A stretch of DNA of 64,000 nt from an uncultured Gemmatimonadales bacterium (GTDB lineage: Bacteria > Gemmatimonadota > Gemmatimonadetes > Gemmatimonadales > Gemmatimonadaceae), in assembly GCA_963701965.1 (NCBI GenBank), contig OY969695.1:832001-896000 (forward strand), read 5' to 3'. The notes under the pieces were generated by a model. It searched no databases. It was not told the origin of the DNA and saw nothing but the letters and a program-made list of their open reading frames with translations. The translations under genes and the position numbers were made by a program. Of the stretch, positions 60,277-64,000 are shown piece by piece. Each line of letters opens with the position of its first letter. The first letter of the stretch is position 1.

Positions 60277-61166
60277 CGGCTCGCCTCGTACACCAACCGG
60301 GCGGCGGCCAGATCCTCGACAGCCAGCCCGAGCGACTTGAAGATGATGCGACCCGCCGTCGACACCGACCGCGTCCCCGCGACGACCTCGCCCAGCTCGG
60401 CGCCGATCGTGGCGCCGCTCAGCAGAATGTCACCGGCCTCCACCGCGGCCGCCGCGCGCGAGTCGACCACGACGGCGCCCACCATGGCATCGTCGTCGAG
60501 CTCCCGGGTCGTGGGCCCGACGGCGCCCACCGCGATGACCAGCCCGCGATCCGGCAGCCAGGCGCCCCGCAGCACCGGCGTTGGCGCGTGCGTCACCGTC
60601 ACCACGACATCCGCGTCCCCAACCGCCTTTTCGGCGGACATCGCCTCGGCGCCGATCTCATCCGCGCACCGGCGCGCATGGTCGGGGTTGCGACTCCAGA
60701 TCCGGATGCGATCGAACGGCCGGACGGTGCGCAAGGCTTCGGCGTGGGCCCGGGCCTGCACACCGCTGCCCAGAATCGCCAGCGTGCGCGCACCCGGCGG
60801 CGCCAGCTGTTGCACCGCCACCGCCGACACGGCGGCCGTCCGACGCTCGGTGATCAGCCGGCCATCCAACAGCGCGACCGGCTCACCGGTCGTGGCACTG
60901 AACAGCTGGATCACGCCCTGGTGCGTGGGCGCCCCGCGCGCGCCGTTGTCCGGGAACACCGTCACCAACTTCGCGCCCAGCACGTCGCCATAGACGCCTG
61001 GCATGATCCCAAAGAACGCGCGATGCTCCGGAATACCAACAATGCCGCGTACGGGCTGCGTCACCCGCCCTGCGGAGAAGTCCGCCAGCGCGCGCGCCAT
61101 CGCCGGAATGAGCGCGTCGTAACCGAGTCGTGGACGAAGCGCGGCTTCGTCGAGCAGGACGAGCAT
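60273..61166 (-). CDS. Ornithine cyclodeaminase/mu-crystallin family
   Basis: KLVTVFPDN, ITERRTAAVS, GSGVQARAH, FKSLGLAVED. Confidence 0.92.
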   Translation of the reverse strand: MLVLLDEAALRPRLGYDALIPAMARALADFSAGRVTQPVRGIVGIPEHRAFFGIMPGVYGDVLGAKLVTVFPDNGARGAPTHQGVIQLFSATTGEPVALLDGRLITERRTAAVSAVAVQQLAPPGARTLAILGSGVQARAHAEALRTVRPFDRIRIWSRNPDHARRCADEIGAEAMSAEKAVGDADVVVTVTHAPTPVLRGAWLPDRGLVIAVGAVGPTTRELDDDAMVGAVVVDSRAAAAVEAGDILLSGATIGAELGEVVAGTRSVSTAGRIIFKSLGLAVEDLAAARLVYEASR

Positions 61167-61224
61167 GTCGGACAATGTATGATCTTGGGCGAACTTCTTC
61201 CCGAACAGACGGCGCGCCCGTACA

Positions 61225-61253
61225 TTGACGCCTCGGTTGGCATGGTCTAGCTT
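61225..61253 (+). promoter_or_regulatory. prs operon promoter
   Basis: TTGACG-N17-TAGCTT. Confidence 0.65.
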
Positions 61254-61267
61254 ATAGGGCTCTAGAT

Positions 61268-62221
61268 ATGGACGGCACTGGGGTACCGCGGCAGGGGTTC
61301 AAGCTGCTCTCGGGGACGGCAAACCGCCCCTTGGCCAATGAGATCGCCCGCTGCCTCGGCGTCGAGATGTGCAAGGTCACCGCGTCGCGCTTTACCGACG
61401 GGGAGATCTTTGTACGGATCGACGAGAACATTCGAGGCTCGGACATATTCATCGTCCAGCCGACGAACCCGCCGGCCGACAATGTGCTCGAATTGATGCT
61501 CTTGATCGATGCCGCCCGGCGTGCCTCGGCGGCGCGGATCACGTGCGTCATGCCGTATTATGGGTACTCGCGACAGGATCGAAAGGATCAGCCGCGGGTG
61601 GCGATTGGCGCCAAGCTGATGGCGAACATGATCCAGACCGCCGGTGCGGACCGGCTGTTGGGGATCGACTTCCATCAGCACCAGCTGCAAGGGTTTTTCG
61701 ACGTCCCGGTCGACCATTTGTACGCGGCGCCGGTGTTCGTCTCGCACTATCGGAAGAAGCAGCTCAAGGACTTGGTAGTCGTCGCGCCGGATGTGGGCGC
61801 GGCGAAGATGGCGCGAGGGTTCGCCAAACGGCTCGATGGCACCCTGGCGATCATCGACAAGCGGCGACCGCGGGCCAATGTCGCCGAAGTCGTAAATGTC
61901 GTCGGTGAGGTCGAAGAGCGGGACTGCCTCATCGTCGACGACATGATCGACACGGCGGGGACGGTCACGGAGGCGGCGCGGGCGCTCAAGCGGCTCGGCG
62001 CCAACGATGTGTACGTTTGCGCCACGCACGCGTTGTTCTCGGGGCCGGCCCCGGAGCGGTTCGCGAACGCGCCGATCACCGAAGTCACGGTGACCGACAC
62101 GATCGCCATGACGCCCGAGCGGCGGTTCCCGTCGTTGAAAGTGCTTTCGGTGGGCGAGCTGCTGGCGAAGGCGATTCGGTACACGCATTCGGACCAGTCG
62201 GTGAGCTCGCTGTTCGATTAA
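61268..62221 (+). CDS. prs: Ribose-phosphate pyrophosphokinase
   Basis: FTDGE, PYYGYSRQDRK, VAPDVG, VDDMIDTAGT. Confidence 0.98.
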   Translation: MDGTGVPRQGFKLLSGTANRPLANEIARCLGVEMCKVTASRFTDGEIFVRIDENIRGSDIFIVQPTNPPADNVLELMLLIDAARRASAARITCVMPYYGYSRQDRKDQPRVAIGAKLMANMIQTAGADRLLGIDFHQHQLQGFFDVPVDHLYAAPVFVSHYRKKQLKDLVVVAPDVGAAKMARGFAKRLDGTLAIIDKRRPRANVAEVVNVVGEVEERDCLIVDDMIDTAGTVTEAARALKRLGANDVYVCATHALFSGPAPERFANAPITEVTVTDTIAMTPERRFPSLKVLSVGELLAKAIRYTHSDQSVSSLFD

Positions 62222-62236
62222 CTTCAGGATACAGAT

Positions 62237-62902
62237 ATGGCTACGGCACAACTCTCCGCGACACCCCGGTCCGAGACCGGCAAAGGCGTCGCCCGTAAAC
62301 TCCGGCAGTCCGGGCAGATCCCCGGCGTCATCTATGGTCACGCCCGGGAACCACAGGCGCTGGCGATCAACACGCGCGACTTCGAGCGACTGCTCGAGCA
62401 CATCTCGGCCGAGAACACGGTCATTGAGCTGGCGCTCGGCGGCAAGACGTCGCGGACCCTGATCCGCGAGATCCAGCGGCATCCGTTCAAGCGCGAATGC
62501 CTCCACGTCGACTTCCAGGAACTGGTCGCCGGCGAGACGGTCTCCGTGCGCATTCCGCTGGTGCTCGTCGGAACGTCCGAGGGCGTGCGGCTCGAAGGCG
62601 GCGTGCTGGACCAGACGATGCGCGATCTGGAGATCGAAGTCGATCCGGCGAACATGCCGAACCACATCGACATCGATGTCACGAACCTCAAGATCGGCGA
62701 GTCGATCCACGTGCGCGACATCGTCCTGCCCGCGGGCGTGACGCCGCTGGCGGACCCCGACACCACGATCGCCGTGTGCGCCGCGCCGCGCGCCGCGATC
62801 GAGGAAGCGGCCGCCGCGCCGGTCGAAGGTGCGGAGGCGGCACCGGCTGAGCCCGAAGTGATCCGGGCCAAGAAGACCGACGAGGAGACCGAGGAGAAGT
62901 AA
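62237..62902 (+). CDS. rplY: 50S ribosomal protein L25/Ctc
   Basis: RKLRQSGQIPGVIYG, QRHP, HVDF, GGVL. Confidence 0.97.
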   Translation: MATAQLSATPRSETGKGVARKLRQSGQIPGVIYGHAREPQALAINTRDFERLLEHISAENTVIELALGGKTSRTLIREIQRHPFKRECLHVDFQELVAGETVSVRIPLVLVGTSEGVRLEGGVLDQTMRDLEIEVDPANMPNHIDIDVTNLKIGESIHVRDIVLPAGVTPLADPDTTIAVCAAPRAAIEEAAAAPVEGAEAAPAEPEVIRAKKTDEETEEK

Positions 62903-62904
62903 GC

Positions 62905-63477
62905 CTGAAAGTCATCCTCGGCCTCGGCAACCCGGGTCGGGAATACGAGGCGACGCGTCACAACGTCGGCTGGTGGGTGGTCGACCACCTCGCCGACGTT
63001 TGGCGTTTCGACCCGTGGAAAAAGGATGGCGAAGCCATGGTGACGACCGGGACGGTCGGTCCCGTCAAGACGCGGCTCGTCAAGCCACAGACGTACATGA
63101 ACCTGAGCGGTGCGGTGCTCAAGCCCTACGTGCGGCGCCCGTTCTGGGCGCCGGCGACTGACCTGCTCGTCGTGGTCGACGAGGTCCAATTGCCGTTGGC
63201 CAAGATGCGGTTTCGACCCGATGGGAGCGCCGGGGGCCACAATGGCCTCAAGAGCATTGAGCACGCGCTGGGGACGCGGGAGTACACGCGACTCCGGATC
63301 GGGATCGCGCCGGTCGACGAACGACACGAGCGTGGGGACCTCGCCGATTTCGTGCTGGGTCCCTTCGGGAAAATCGAGCGGGCGGCCATCGCGGAGCGCA
63401 TGGGCGACTATACGGCGGCGGTAGAGACCTGGCTGCGCGAAGGCGTCGCGGTGGCCATGAACCGATACAACAGCTGA
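62905..63477 (+). CDS. pth: Peptidyl-tRNA hydrolase (CTG start)
   Basis: [36 protein letters not shown]. Confidence 0.95.
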   Translation: MKVILGLGNPGREYEATRHNVGWWVVDHLADVWRFDPWKKDGEAMVTTGTVGPVKTRLVKPQTYMNLSGAVLKPYVRRPFWAPATDLLVVVDEVQLPLAKMRFRPDGSAGGHNGLKSIEHALGTREYTRLRIGIAPVDERHERGDLADFVLGPFGKIERAAIAERMGDYTAAVETWLREGVAVAMNRYNS

Positions 63478-63478
63478 T

Positions 63479-64000
63479 ATGCTCAAACTGGCAATCGTCG
63501 GGCTGCCGAACGTCGGCAAGTCGACGCTGTTCAACGCGCTGACGGCCGCCAAGGCCGAGGCTGCGAACTATCCGTTCTGCACCGTGGAGCCCAACGTCGG
63601 CATGGTCGAAGTGCCGGATCGGCGGCTTGGCACCCTTGCAGACATCGTGCACCCCAAGAAAGTGGTGCCCGCGGTAGTGCAGTTCGTCGACATTGCCGGC
63701 TTGGTGAAAGGCGCGGCGGAAGGCGAAGGCCTGGGCAACAAGTTCCTGGCCACCATCCGCGAGACGGACGCGATCGTCCACGTGGTGCGCTGCTTCGAGG
63801 ATCCCGACGTGACGCACGTCATGGGCGCCGTCGATCCCGTGCGCGATCGCGAGGTGATCGAGTTCGAATTGGCCCTCGCCGATCTCGCGGTCGTCGAGAA
63901 GCGTCTCGACAAGACCCGGCGCAGCGCCAAATCGCACGACAAAACCGCCCTCGCCGAGCTGCCGACGCTGGAAGCGGCCGCCGCCGTGCTGCAGGAGGGC
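63479..64000 (+). CDS. ychF: Redox-regulated ATPase YchF (runs off the window)
   Basis: [42 protein letters not shown]. Confidence 0.97.
   Translation, partial: MLKLAIVGLPNVGKSTLFNALTAAKAEAANYPFCTVEPNVGMVEVPDRRLGTLADIVHPKKVVPAVVQFVDIAGLVKGAAEGEGLGNKFLATIRETDAIVHVVRCFEDPDVTHVMGAVDPVRDREVIEFELALADLAVVEKRLDKTRRSAKSHDKTALAELPTLEAAAAVLQEG

Noticed and set aside
52230..61260. tRNA-Gln 3'-end duplication as attR
   Set aside because: No copy of the tRNA 3' end found by eye before prs, and no integrase
1..64000. Many long alternative-frame and antisense ORFs (e.g. 2898..4280, 39118..40845, 41817..43946, 48418..50286, 61262..62710)
   Set aside because: Shadow ORFs of high-GC genes; Arg/Gly/Ala-rich, no motifs, fully overlapping recognisable genes

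Overview
High-GC bacterial chromosomal segment; the gene content (ADOP permease with PadR, DUF2723, DUF4159, His-less Hpt protein) suggests Gemmatimonadota, which is inference. The housekeeping backbone carries purN, purH, pit, pxpABC, gltX, lexA, a long minus-strand operon (rsmI to a JAB-DinG helicase and a dapL-like gene), trxA, mce, pdxJ, ispE, prs, rplY, pth, ychF and three tRNAs (Ser-TGA, Ser-GCT, Gln-TTG). Four accessory blocks interrupt it. (1) A decayed 5.5-kb integrative element (9823-15341) with a perfect 14-bp direct repeat, arm-like repeats and an integrase remnant, inserted in the amidohydrolase/pxpA promoter. (2) An apparently autoregulated HTH plus nucleotidyltransferase (AbiE/MenAT-like) pair next to tRNA-Ser(TGA). 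(3) A roughly 7.5-kb island upstream of tRNA-Ser(GCT) with orphan membrane proteins, a PIN-like nuclease, a Zn-ribbon protein, IS256, DUF2806 and a dead integrase; this is a candidate defence island. (4) A 9-kb block between tRNA-Gln and prs with a RES-Xre toxin-antitoxin pair. About eight genes carry single-base frameshifts, most simply explained as assembly errors. No CRISPR array or rRNA was seen. Family names come from motif recognition, not database searches.
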